DNA of 64,000 nucleotides. It comes from Nitrosopumilus sp. (lineage in GTDB: Archaea > Thermoproteota > Nitrososphaeria > Nitrososphaerales > Nitrosopumilaceae). The DNA lies in contig OZ244651.1 of assembly GCA_965218695.1 (NCBI GenBank), forward strand, positions 2,080,001 through 2,144,000, written 5' to 3'. The number at the start of each line of letters is the position of its first letter. The first letter of the stretch is position 1. Below the pieces are notes generated by a model, which saw only the letters and a list, made by a program, of their open reading frames with translations, made no database searches and was not told the DNA's origin. A program made the translations under genes and the position numbers. Of this stretch, positions 19,570 through 29,280 are shown piece after piece.

Positions 19570-21114
19570 ATGTCCACGCTCAGAACCGTCCGGGTACTAG
19601 TCAAACTTCTTCCCTCAATCATCGCGTTGCGCAGGGACAGAAAGAGATGGGTCAAAAAGGAAGACAGGGTTGATCAAGCAAAGTTTCAAAGGCATGCCCG
19701 AAAGATGCTTGATACGTTCATCTCGCTTGGACCTGTATACATAAAACTGGGACAGTGGCTCTCATCGAGAGCAGACATACTGCCCCAACCGTATCTTGTG
19801 GAGCTTGCAAAACTGCAGGACAGCGTCCCTGCAGCCCCGTTTGATCTGGTAAGGCCGGTAATCGAGAGGGATCTGGGATCCATATCCGAGAGATTCGACG
19901 AGATAGATACCAACCCAATATCCGGCGCATCGCTGGGCCAGGTCTATCTGGGAACATCCGCCGGCAGGCAGATGGCCATCAAGGTAAAGAGGCCCGGCAT
20001 TGAGAAAGTCGTGGCCCTGGACATAAAGGTCCTGAAGAAGGTGCTTCCGCTGGCACTTAGGTTTGTAGATCCGGCCCTGCGGTATTCTGCAAAGGCCATG
20101 CTGGCCCAGTTCATAGAGACCATTTACGAGGAGATGGACTACGCCCACGAGTCGGCCAACCTTAAGAGGATCAAACACGACATGAGGGGGAACAAAAAGG
20201 TCGTGGTCCCGTCCGTATACGACGATCTCTCCTCAAAGAACGTCCTTACGATGGAGTATGTCCCCGGAATCAAGATAACGAACATTGAATCACTCGAAGA
20301 GAAGGGAATCGACAGGAAGGCACTGGTCATTGATGTCCACAAGGTCTTCTTTACGATGCTTTTACGGTACTCTGTCTTTCATGCAGACCCCCACCCGGGA
20401 AACATCTCGGTGACTGATGATGGCAGGTTGATTCTGTACGACTATGGGATGGTGGGAAGGCTTGACAACGAGACCCGGCTCAGGCTGGTCCGGCTGTACC
20501 TTGCCCTGGTGGAGAAGGATCCTGCAAGAACCGTCAATGCGATGGACGATCTTGGCATGCTGACTCCGGACTCCAACAGGATGGTAATAGAGAAGGGAAT
20601 CGGGATGACCATTGGCGCAATGCATGGCAAAAAGCCTGATGATATGGAGGTGGAGAGTCTGATGGAACTTGCAAACAGGACCATGAGCAAGTTTCCATTC
20701 GTATTGCCAAAGAACTTGGCCCTGTACATGAGGATGGCGTCGATCATTGAGGGAATCTACAAGACGCACAAGGTTGACTTTAAATTTGTAAGGGTGGTCC
20801 GGGAGATACTCCGGGAGGAGAGACTGATCAAGGACGCATACATAGAGGAGCTCAAGTACTCCTTTGAGAGGCTTGCAAAGTCCATTGACGCCACCATATC
20901 TGTCGCACCCGAACTCAAGAGGTTTTTGGACGAGAACCGGTCATTACAGTACGGCCCAAGATCCCGAACCGACAGACTGGTTCCAGGCAGCATACTCTCG
21001 GCTGCAATATTTCTCGGCTCGGCTGTAATATACACGACTGATGCCACGATTGGTGCTGCCGGCATGATATCATCGCTGATACTGATGGGCGTATTCGTAG
21101 CGTTTAGAAGGTAG
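19570..21114 (+). CDS. ABC1/UbiB (AarF) family kinase
   Basis: KLGQ, ASLGQV, KVKRP, HADPHPGN, DYGM; C-terminal TMs. Confidence 0.92.
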   Translation: MSTLRTVRVLVKLLPSIIALRRDRKRWVKKEDRVDQAKFQRHARKMLDTFISLGPVYIKLGQWLSSRADILPQPYLVELAKLQDSVPAAPFDLVRPVIERDLGSISERFDEIDTNPISGASLGQVYLGTSAGRQMAIKVKRPGIEKVVALDIKVLKKVLPLALRFVDPALRYSAKAMLAQFIETIYEEMDYAHESANLKRIKHDMRGNKKVVVPSVYDDLSSKNVLTMEYVPGIKITNIESLEEKGIDRKALVIDVHKVFFTMLLRYSVFHADPHPGNISVTDDGRLILYDYGMVGRLDNETRLRLVRLYLALVEKDPARTVNAMDDLGMLTPDSNRMVIEKGIGMTIGAMHGKKPDDMEVESLMELANRTMSKFPFVLPKNLALYMRMASIIEGIYKTHKVDFKFVRVVREILREERLIKDAYIEELKYSFERLAKSIDATISVAPELKRFLDENRSLQYGPRSRTDRLVPGSILSAAIFLGSAVIYTTDATIGAAGMISSLILMGVFVAFRR

Positions 21115-21495
21115 CTACTCTATGGTGATGTCGGTTCCGTCCTTCCGGATGGGAATTGTAACTGTCAGGATCCCGTCTGCGTATCTTGCAGACGTGACTG
21201 CCTCCTCTGCCGGGTGAACCGGCAGTCTAACCCTCTTGTCAATTATCTCCGGCCGCTGATTGCAGATCATATCGTGTTCCTTTTTTGCATCCCTGCTGGC
21301 CTTGATGCCAAGAATCCTTCCCCTCAATGACAGCTTGATGTCCTTCTTTTCGAATCCCGGCATGTCTGCCTGCAGCACCAACACGTCCCCGTCCAGATGC
21401 ATGTCTACCGGTGGCAGGACAAACTCGTAAAACTCCCTTGATTTGTTTTCAATCTCCCTCATCATCTCCCTTGCCATCGATCCGGCCAATCCCAT
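21115..21495 (-). CDS. Small heat shock protein (Hsp20/Hsp14)
   Basis: PPVD, ADMPG, ARY-DGILTVTIP. Confidence 0.9.
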   Translation of the reverse strand: MGLAGSMAREMMREIENKSREFYEFVLPPVDMHLDGDVLVLQADMPGFEKKDIKLSLRGRILGIKASRDAKKEHDMICNQRPEIIDKRVRLPVHPAEEAVTSARYADGILTVTIPIRKDGTDITIE

Positions 21496-21543
21496 TTTCT
21501 ATTGTATCTGATTTTTACTTATAAAGATTGATGGATCCAAAAC

Positions 21544-23088
21544 GTATGAATTCACCTGCCCCTTATATCAGTCGACCAACTTCTTCGGCCACGCTCTTGC
21601 CATGTGCCCTCCACGTGAGGACGCACGTGACAAAATCTGCAAGGCGCTTCATGGCCTTGGAGCCGCCCTTGGTCTGCCCGCTTATCTTGCGGAACACCAC
21701 CAGGTAGCGCAGCGCCCTCTCGCTGGCGTTGTTTGTAGGCTCGACGCCGGGATGCTCCAGGAACGCAAACATGCGGTGCAGGTGCCTCTCGAGCTTGTCC
21801 AGCACCTTTTGCATGTCGTCATCGTCACCACCACCACCGGCATCGCGGTACCGGTCAAGCACGTCCTGCATGGTGCGGTTCATCGTATGCCGCAGCTGTG
21901 GCGAGCGCGCCTCCTGCGCGGCCAGCAGTTTTGCCCTCTCAAACACCCACTTGTGGTCCTCGTGGAGCTGCTGCTGCCGCCGCCGGACACGTTTGGTCTC
22001 GGGAGGCACGGCGCAGTATTTTTCTGCCAGGTGCCTTGTCTGCCGGAGGTCGTGCGCCCAGCACGACTGGTGCATGCCGTCCTTGTCAAACCTGTCATAT
22101 CCGTTGTACCCGTCAGTTATCGCCACCCCGTCAAATTTGTCCATGGCATCGAGCATGAGCGTGGCCCTGCTCTGGCTGATGTTTATTGCGATGTTTTTGC
22201 CCGACTGTGCCACGTTTGCGTGTACCTTCTGGCCGTCGTTTCGCCAGCTGGTTTCGTCAAACCCGGCACAGTCAGAAGCCTCCACTTCCCCGAGGATCCT
22301 GCCTGCCTCGTGGCCCGAGGCGTCCCCGACGCGTGCCATGATGTTGTTGACGGTGGATCCTGCAAGCATAATGCCCGTTATGGAGCGCACCGCGACCGAG
22401 ATTCCCTTGAGCGGCACCCGTGCCGCGCGCAGTTCTGAGACGAGTCCGACCATGCCCTTGCCGAAGTTGCCCCGCCGCGGCAGGTCGTTTGGAGCATCTT
22501 CCCTGCGGCCGCATGAGCCGCATACTGCAGTCTCCACGCGGTGCCGCGTCTCGCACGCAGTCACCCTGATGTCCGTGATGTCCCGCACGCGCGGACTGCC
22601 AATCGCCATCCGGCCGCCGCCGCCGCCGCACCCGCATTCCGGGAGCACCGGCACCCGCCTCCTGCCCGACTTCCTGCGCCCGAACCTGTGGGATACGGTC
22701 CTTTCCGGGTCGTGGGGGCGCGACGCCCCCGCGTGTCCCTTTCTTCCCCCGCGCTTGGATTTGCCCTCCTTTTCCTGTTTTTTTGCCCGCTCCCTCTTCT
22801 GGGCCTTCCATTCCAGGGATTCAGATGAGGGCGGCGTGTTGGGGTTTGTATAGTATGTCATGAGGCGTTCGCTGTACCCCAAGGCCCTTTCAAGACGTTC
22901 TATCCTGCCAAGTGCCTTCTCAAGATCGGATTTGAGGGTGGCAATCTCCCGGTTCCGTGCTAGGAGTTCCTCTTTTAGCTGGTCCCTGCTCATGTGCCGT
23001 GAATTTACCATGTAAAGTGATGTGTATTGCCAGCATATGGATCAGTATGATCATTTTTTTGTGACAGGAAGGACAGGTGAATTCATAC
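21544..23088 (-). mobile_element. Single-ORF IS66-like element
   Basis: IR GTATGAATTCACCTG; 8-bp duplication TCCAAAAC at 21536-21543 and 23089-23096. Confidence 0.93.
21563..23011 (-). CDS. IS66-family transposase
   Basis: Coiled coil, NTPPS, Zn finger, DETSW, TDGY, CWAH, TNNASERALR. Confidence 0.92.
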   Translation of the reverse strand: MVNSRHMSRDQLKEELLARNREIATLKSDLEKALGRIERLERALGYSERLMTYYTNPNTPPSSESLEWKAQKRERAKKQEKEGKSKRGGRKGHAGASRPHDPERTVSHRFGRRKSGRRRVPVLPECGCGGGGGRMAIGSPRVRDITDIRVTACETRHRVETAVCGSCGRREDAPNDLPRRGNFGKGMVGLVSELRAARVPLKGISVAVRSITGIMLAGSTVNNIMARVGDASGHEAGRILGEVEASDCAGFDETSWRNDGQKVHANVAQSGKNIAINISQSRATLMLDAMDKFDGVAITDGYNGYDRFDKDGMHQSCWAHDLRQTRHLAEKYCAVPPETKRVRRRQQQLHEDHKWVFERAKLLAAQEARSPQLRHTMNRTMQDVLDRYRDAGGGGDDDDMQKVLDKLERHLHRMFAFLEHPGVEPTNNASERALRYLVVFRKISGQTKGGSKAMKRLADFVTCVLTWRAHGKSVAEEVGRLI

Positions 23089-23100
23089 TCCAAAACTAGG

Positions 23101-24532
23101 TGTATAGTCCCGAAAGTTGTTCACCCCCCACATGAGGCTCCGGCCCGGGGTGGACATGCCCAATGAAGGACATTATCCGCGGCATGGCATCGCGTGCAAG
23201 ATTACTGGGAAATGCAGTCAGCCTGTCCCTTACCAGAAACGACGGTGTGTGGGTTTCCCGTCGGTGGAGACGCTCGGCCGTGTGGCGTCATATAGGAAGA
23301 CGGAGAGTGCGAGTGATGAAAAAGCTTGACCAGTCCAAAGTCGAATGGATCATACAAGAAAAGCGCAAGAATTCCCGCAACAAAGAGATTGCAGCAAGCA
23401 TGGGAGTGTCGGTCCGCTGGGTCCAAAAGCTGTGGAAGAGGTACAGGGACAAGGATCGGATCGCGTATCCTGCTCCCATGGGCAGGCCCAAAAAGTGCGC
23501 GCCCGGGAGGCGGGATCATTCGGCGGTTTTATCGGCTGCGTCCACTGCAGTCCACGGGGCAGCGTCCCTGGAGCGCATCATAAAGTCGCTTACAGGAATA
23601 CATATCCCACACAACGTCCTGCACAGGATATTGAAGGATGCCGATTTTGCAGACACCCAGCCAAGGAAGAGCCAGCGCCGCAAGTGGATCCGCTACGAGC
23701 GCGAGCACTCCAACTCGATGTGGCACACAGACTACAAACAGCTTGACGACGGCAGGTGGTTCCTGTGCTATGAAGACGACGCCTCGCGCTTCGTGACCGG
23801 ATTTGGGGTATTTGAGGAGGCGACAACCGAAAACGCCCTGAAGGTGCTCGACGAGGCCATAAAAAATTACGGCAAGCCCGCATCGATCCTGACTGACCGC
23901 GGCGCCCAGTTCTATGCCACGGAATCCGAGGTCAAGAAGAAGGGAGCCTCCAGGTTCGAGCAGAGGCTAGTCGAGCTTGGAATCAGGCACATACTGGCGC
24001 GCGTGCGGCACCCCCAAACCAACGGCAAGCTGGAGCGCCTGCACGGGGAGATGCAGCGCAAGCTGCGCCGGTTCGAGGCGGCATCTTCTGCCAAGACCAG
24101 GCGCGGCGCCTCAGGGGATTCCCACGTTGGAGGGCCGTTTTGCACCGCGCCAGCAAAGGATCCCGTGGAGCGGTTCATGGAGTGGTACAACCACGACCGG
24201 CCGCACATGTCCCTTGACTGGGACAACCTCGAGACCCCGGCGCAGGCATTCGAAAGAAAGATGCCCCCTGCAGGAGAGATGGTAGTGGACGGCCAGACCG
24301 GTGAGGAATACCGCGCAGAATAGCTGTCCGGCACGACGTCACAACCGCGCCCCATCCTGGGGGATGTTGCGCACAATTTTTTGAAAGTCGTCATGCGTGG
24401 AGTGGAAATGACAAAAATTCATGATTCCGGACGCAGGATCCAACACAAGACAATTATGCAACAGCCGGCAACATCAAACATGGAAGTACCTCCAAGTCTT
24501 GGAGGGGGGCGAACTACTTTCGGGATCCCACA
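23101..24532 (+). mobile_element. IS481-like element
   Basis: TGT...ACA ends, IR core TCCCGAAAGTnGTTC; 15-bp duplication GGATCCAAAACTAGG (right copy 24533-24547, left copy split by IS66). Confidence 0.9.
23163..24323 (+). CDS. IS481-like transposase (start uncertain)
   Basis: HTH, WHTDYK, DDASR, TDRG, PQTNGKLER. Confidence 0.92.
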   Translation: MKDIIRGMASRARLLGNAVSLSLTRNDGVWVSRRWRRSAVWRHIGRRRVRVMKKLDQSKVEWIIQEKRKNSRNKEIAASMGVSVRWVQKLWKRYRDKDRIAYPAPMGRPKKCAPGRRDHSAVLSAASTAVHGAASLERIIKSLTGIHIPHNVLHRILKDADFADTQPRKSQRRKWIRYEREHSNSMWHTDYKQLDDGRWFLCYEDDASRFVTGFGVFEEATTENALKVLDEAIKNYGKPASILTDRGAQFYATESEVKKKGASRFEQRLVELGIRHILARVRHPQTNGKLERLHGEMQRKLRRFEAASSAKTRRGASGDSHVGGPFCTAPAKDPVERFMEWYNHDRPHMSLDWDNLETPAQAFERKMPPAGEMVVDGQTGEEYRAE

Positions 24533-24605
24533 GGATCCAAAACTAGGCCACCCCCAAAACCAGACGGGGGATTAATTAATACGGGATTGACTACCGTCTA
24601 TACTC

Positions 24606-25187
24606 ATGATTATTGTAATCGAGGGTGGGGATCAGGCAGGCAAGATGACCCAGTCTGCCATGCTCAAGCAGACCCTTGCTGCGCGTGGAGATAAAGTCCA
24701 ACAGTTTGACTTTCCGGATTATACCACCCCGATAGGACATGAGATCAGGCGATACTTGGAGAGGAAACAAGAGTACGCGCCACAGGTAATCCACTGTCTT
24801 CTAGCTGCAAACCGGTGGGAGAAGCTTCATGACATTGAGGAGGCCCAGAGGAACAACGACTTTTTGATAATGAACAGGTACTACCACTCCAATATAGTGT
24901 ACGGTACTACCAACGGAGTGGACCGCCGGTGGCTTGAGAATCTTGATTCCGGACTGCCCAAGGCAGACATCGTCATTCTGCTGGATATTGCAGCAGAGGA
25001 GTCGTTCCGCAGGAAGAGCCTTGATCGTGACCGGTTTGAAGGAAATGTGGAGTTTGTCAGGCATGTGCGGGATGCATATCGTGATGCCGCTGCAGGGAAT
25101 AGCCACTGGCATGTGATCGATGCATTAAAGCCCAAAAAGGATATTCATGAAGAGATTCTTCAGATATTAGAGCAGGCCGGCAAATGA
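24606..25187 (+). CDS. tmk: Thymidylate kinase
   Basis: IEGGDQAGK, FPDY-TP-G, ANRWE, NRYY-S. Confidence 0.92.
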   Translation: MIIVIEGGDQAGKMTQSAMLKQTLAARGDKVQQFDFPDYTTPIGHEIRRYLERKQEYAPQVIHCLLAANRWEKLHDIEEAQRNNDFLIMNRYYHSNIVYGTTNGVDRRWLENLDSGLPKADIVILLDIAAEESFRRKSLDRDRFEGNVEFVRHVRDAYRDAAAGNSHWHVIDALKPKKDIHEEILQILEQAGK

Positions 25188-26413
25188 AAAAGTATCTAGA
25201 CATTATTGATCCGATCCATGACTTTGTCCAAGTCTCCAAGTCCGAACTGGCACTGGTTGACAGTCCGCTCTTTCAGAGACTTAGGCGGATAAAGCAGCTC
25301 TCCTGTGCATTTACCGTGTATCCCACGGCGCTTCACACGCGGTTTGAACACTCCCTAGGAGTCATGTATATTGCAGGCCAGGCAGGCCAGGCACTGTACG
25401 AAAAGGAGGCAATAAAGTCAGACGAGATCGACGTTCTCCGGCTGGCAGGACTGCTCCATGATATAGGACACGGGCCGTTCTCACACATCTTTGAGGAGGT
25501 AAGCGGGACAGGGAAACCCACGCACGAGGACTTTGGGAGTAGACTCATTTTAGAGTCCGATATTGGCGACTCCCTGCAGAGCAGTGGTTTTGAGAAGAGG
25601 CTCATAGCCGATGTCGCATTTGACCGATCCCGGTTCAGGTACCTCAACGAGATAATCTCAGGCAGCCTCAGCGCCGATCTTATGGACTATCTGCTCAGGG
25701 ACAGCTATTTCACAGGCACCGAACATGCACGGATCGACTACAAGAGAATCACGCACTCCCTTGACGTACACCAGGGGCATCTGGCACTGGACCAGTCAGC
25801 ACTGTACTCCTTTGAATCCATGGTGTACTCCAGATACCAGATGTTCAAGGCAGTATACTTTCACAAGACCGTAAGGGCAGCTGAAGTCATGCTGGTCGAG
25901 GCACTGAAACTCTCTGATGACGAGTTCGGATTCACCACGTTTGGCCCCGATGAGTTCCTTGACCTGACTGACGAGCAGGCACTGATCATGATTGCATCCT
26001 CCAAATCCCCAAATCTTAGCCGTGCACGGAGAATTGTTGAGGACTATAAAAACAGAAGGCTGATCAAGTGCGTATTTGAGAGGATCCACACAGGCAGCAC
26101 AGACACGGAGATGAACACCGATGACGTCCGTGCAGAGATCTCTAAGAGAACACACGTAGACGAGGATGAGATCTTTGTTGACAGCGCGGCTGCCTCCTCG
26201 CTGCCCACCATGCCCTCAAACAGCATGCACCAGTCGATCCTGCTGATGACGCGCCGGGGAGAGCAATCCTCCGGACGGGAGGTGCTGGTCTCAGACATGC
26301 CGATAGTCTCGGCCATCTCCGGCTACATGAACATACTCCGGGTCTATACATATCCCCAAAACAGAAAAAAAGTTGAAATTGCAGCAGGCTCAATACTTGG
26401 GGATCTGAAATGA
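25184..26413 (+). CDS. HD-domain phosphohydrolase (dNTPase/SAMHD1-like)
   Basis: [42 protein letters not shown]. Confidence 0.9.
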   Translation: MKKYLDIIDPIHDFVQVSKSELALVDSPLFQRLRRIKQLSCAFTVYPTALHTRFEHSLGVMYIAGQAGQALYEKEAIKSDEIDVLRLAGLLHDIGHGPFSHIFEEVSGTGKPTHEDFGSRLILESDIGDSLQSSGFEKRLIADVAFDRSRFRYLNEIISGSLSADLMDYLLRDSYFTGTEHARIDYKRITHSLDVHQGHLALDQSALYSFESMVYSRYQMFKAVYFHKTVRAAEVMLVEALKLSDDEFGFTTFGPDEFLDLTDEQALIMIASSKSPNLSRARRIVEDYKNRRLIKCVFERIHTGSTDTEMNTDDVRAEISKRTHVDEDEIFVDSAAASSLPTMPSNSMHQSILLMTRRGEQSSGREVLVSDMPIVSAISGYMNILRVYTYPQNRKKVEIAAGSILGDLK

Positions 26414-27090
26414 AGAGGGTTGTAATCAAGCTGTCAGGACGAGTATTTGGCATGGACAACGTAAAGGTGCTGGCCGATTATGCCGAGTTCCTGGCAAGGG
26501 TGAGCAAGGTATGCCAGCCCATCGTGGTTGCCGGAGGAGGAACCATTGCGCGCCACTACATATCCCACGCCAGATACTCCGGCGCAGACGAATCCAGTCT
26601 TGACGAGTTGGGCATTGAGATCTCGCGGCTCAATGCCAAGCTGTTGATATACGCCCTCAAGAACAGGGCTTATCTGCACCCGCCTGTCACCCTACAGGAG
26701 ATTCGTCATGCAGTGGACGGGGGACTGATAGTGGTCACGGGTGGACTACACCCGGGCCAGAGCACCAACGGGACTGCAGCACTGATCGCAGAGAAGGTTC
26801 AGGCCGAGCAGTTTCTCAACGCAACTGACGTAGACGGGGTGTACGACATGGATCCCAAAAAATTCAAGAACGCAAAAAAGTTCAGGCGCATCGAGCTGAA
26901 GAATCTCAAGGCCATGCTGGTTCACGAGGACTCTGTCGCAGGAGGATACGATCTGATGGACATTCTTGCCCTGAAGGTAATAGAGCGCTCCAGAGTCAAG
27001 ACGAGAATAATAAAGGCGGATCCGAAGATCATTGAAAGCGCCATTAATGGTGCCGACGTGGGAACCGAGATTACCCTGCCCTCATTCTGA
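26410..27090 (+). CDS. pyrH: Uridylate kinase
   Basis: VIKLSG, GGG-AR, PGQSTN, TDVDGVY. Confidence 0.93.
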   Translation: MKRVVIKLSGRVFGMDNVKVLADYAEFLARVSKVCQPIVVAGGGTIARHYISHARYSGADESSLDELGIEISRLNAKLLIYALKNRAYLHPPVTLQEIRHAVDGGLIVVTGGLHPGQSTNGTAALIAEKVQAEQFLNATDVDGVYDMDPKKFKNAKKFRRIELKNLKAMLVHEDSVAGGYDLMDILALKVIERSRVKTRIIKADPKIIESAINGADVGTEITLPSF

Positions 27091-27435
27091 ATCGTTCTGG
27101 ACGGTACGTTTTGTCTCAGTCCAGATGCGGATCTCGCTTTTAGGATACTCTGGTATTCCGGTCTGGCGCAGCTTCCCAAAGACTGACACGGCCTCGTCTC
27201 TTCCCGTCGTCTTTGACTGCGCCTTTGTAAAGCCGTCACCGTCTACGATAATTGCCACGTAGCCGCCCTCAGATTCAATCACTGCCGTATACTCCTCCTC
27301 CCCTACGGGCTCAAAACTCTGGCCGTTCTTCTTGGTGGTAAGTGTCAGCATGCCAAATCCGGCTGCCTTGAACATCTTCATCTGCGATCTGTTTGCCCTC
27401 TGCCTTCCCTTCTGAACCGCCTGAAAGTACTGCAT
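27082..27435 (-). CDS. Hypothetical protein
   Basis: C-terminal part of ORF 27082..27738 starting [10 protein letters not shown]; the upstream part is a shadow of the + gene. Confidence 0.7.
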   Translation of the reverse strand: MQYFQAVQKGRQRANRSQMKMFKAAGFGMLTLTTKKNGQSFEPVGEEEYTAVIESEGGYVAIIVDGDGFTKAQSKTTGRDEAVSVFGKLRQTGIPEYPKSEIRIWTETKRTVQNDSE

Positions 27436-27484
27436 TACATCCTTTTGCTCCAATGGTATAATAATCATCTTAACACAGTACACA

Positions 27485-28036
27485 GTGATGGTCAATCCCA
27501 AGATCTTTGTGGGGGCAGCAGCTGCCGTACTTGCAGTCATACTCGGCGGCATTCTTCTGACAGGATCGTCACTAATAGAGGCCCCCGGTACGGGCGGGTC
27601 CCAGACACTACAGATACAGCCCCTCCAGGTCGAACTTGACGAGATCTCCGTGGCCAAGATCTCAGAGCGGACCGCCACAATTGACGTGGTATTTACAATC
27701 TCCAATCCCAACCCGCGTGCAGTACTAGTCCAGACCATGGACTATCAGCTCTATGAGACAGGCTACTCCGAATCCGAGCAGCTCTCAGGCGGCCAGATAG
27801 GAAGCAGGCCTGAGGGAATAGTGGAGTTTGGCTCCAACTACTATACCCTTCTTGGCGACAACATGATCGTCTTAAAGGACACCATCACACTGAGAAACTC
27901 TGGCAACACGCCGCAGCTATGGGCCAATCTGCAGGACGATTCGGCCTCTTGGAGGATTACCGGCACGGTATTTTACAATCTAAGCTCCATGACCAGCGGA
28001 CAGGAGAACGAGGTCCACTTTGAGTTTGTCCGATAG
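27485..28036 (+). CDS. Membrane-anchored LEA_2/WHy-like protein
   Basis: N-terminal TM, F-ISNPN motif, beta-rich. Confidence 0.7.
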   Translation: MMVNPKIFVGAAAAVLAVILGGILLTGSSLIEAPGTGGSQTLQIQPLQVELDEISVAKISERTATIDVVFTISNPNPRAVLVQTMDYQLYETGYSESEQLSGGQIGSRPEGIVEFGSNYYTLLGDNMIVLKDTITLRNSGNTPQLWANLQDDSASWRITGTVFYNLSSMTSGQENEVHFEFVR

Positions 28037-28087
28037 GTATCATAGAATGATAAAATTATGATACTTTGTTTTTAAAAAAAATAAATT

Positions 28088-28102
28088 GGAAAAGTTATAA
28101 AA
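28088..28102 (+). promoter_or_regulatory. Archaeal BRE-TATA promoter
   Basis: GGAAAAGTTATAAAA about 25 bp before the ATG at 28127. Confidence 0.6.
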
Positions 28103-28126
28103 GCTCGTTAAGCGTTTTTTCATTAA

Positions 28127-28237
28127 ATGGCAGAAGCAGGTATGGCCGCCTTTGGCGCGGCAGCAGGAGTCGCAATTGCACTAGCAGTAGTGTGTTTTGC
28201 TCTTCGTGGCAAGGGACATCCCGAACCACTGGATTAA
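28127..28237 (+). CDS. 36-aa single-TM microprotein
   Basis: MAEAGMAAFGAAAGVAIALAVVCFALRGKGHPEPLD; BRE/TATA upstream and T-rich tract downstream. Confidence 0.7.
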   Translation: MAEAGMAAFGAAAGVAIALAVVCFALRGKGHPEPLD

Positions 28238-28362
28238 ACAAAGGAACGCATCCTTTACAATATTTTTCATTTATCAAGAATTCAGTCTGTGGTGGGTCTC
28301 TCACGGGCACGAACCTGCACGGGAATCATACGGGTTAGGATGCACACCATCTGCGGTCCGGG

Positions 28363-29010
28363 CTAGTTCTTGTCGCCCAATCCAAGCATCTCTGCGAGGG
28401 ATATCTGCTTGGTGTTCTTTCTCTTTGTAAAGCACCGCTCATAGTACTGGCATTCTGCACATCTGGCCGACGGCTCCAGAACCGGCACCTTCTGCTCCTT
28501 GAGGAGGCTGGCCAGCACGCGAACCCTTCTGACGGTCTCCTCAAACATCTTTTTATTGCGCGTCAGCGAGAATGTGGTCTCCCTTCTGTCCCCGGTGATG
28601 TAGACTATGATGCCGTCGTACTTGTCGTATATCCACATGCATGCATTAATGTACAGCATGTCGTCTGCCGCAGGATTCTCCGGCTCGACTGCTGCTGACC
28701 TGAACAGCAGTATGGCATCATCTGCTATCATGTCTGCATGCCCCCTCAGCTTGAGATCGTCTATTGCAAAATCCTTGGGCTCGCTGCCGTACTGGAACTT
28801 CTTGAGCAGCCCTGAGACCAGCTCGTTGAATCCCCTAATCTCGATATCCAGAGAATCCACCCTGTCATAGTACGAGCGCCTCAGACACTGGACTGCCTCC
28901 TTGAGGTGGATGGTCTTGATGTCCTTGGAGTCTATGCTGACCTCCAATTCCTTGCTTATGGATCCAATCGCACCGCGTATTGTGGTCTGAAAATCCCTGT
29001 CACCCATCAT
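28363..29010 (-). CDS. Stand-alone Cas4-like (PD-(D/E)xK, Fe-S) protein
   Basis: CLRRSYY plus CxxCxYxxxC; G-AD motif; no cas genes or array nearby. Confidence 0.75.
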   Translation of the reverse strand: MMGDRDFQTTIRGAIGSISKELEVSIDSKDIKTIHLKEAVQCLRRSYYDRVDSLDIEIRGFNELVSGLLKKFQYGSEPKDFAIDDLKLRGHADMIADDAILLFRSAAVEPENPAADDMLYINACMWIYDKYDGIIVYITGDRRETTFSLTRNKKMFEETVRRVRVLASLLKEQKVPVLEPSARCAECQYYERCFTKRKNTKQISLAEMLGLGDKN

Positions 29011-29042
29011 GATGTATTACCCGCCCGAGTATTCCTTATAAC

Positions 29043-29276
29043 CTAGCTTACTATTCTGGCCACTGCCCTTGAAATTCTGTCTGAGAATGCCAAGGTTGCA
29101 AAATGGACTCCGAATCCGGCCACCGCCCCGACTACCAGCTGGCCCGTCCCAAGATATATTCCCAGAAATATTCCAAGCGGCGGGAGTGCAAATATCATCG
29201 CCATGAATGAGCTGCCCCAGATTGTACTGATCAGGGTCTCTGCGGTAGGACCGGCTCCTCTCTTCAGGCCCGACAT
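29043..29276 (-). CDS. Small two-TM membrane protein
   Basis: 77 aa, hydrophobic, directly after atpC. Confidence 0.7.
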   Translation of the reverse strand: MSGLKRGAGPTAETLISTIWGSSFMAMIFALPPLGIFLGIYLGTGQLVVGAVAGFGVHFATLAFSDRISRAVARIVS

Positions 29277-29280
29277 CCCA

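Noticed and set aside
28363-29010. CRISPR-Cas locus or casposon
   Set aside because: No cas1, PolB or array in the window
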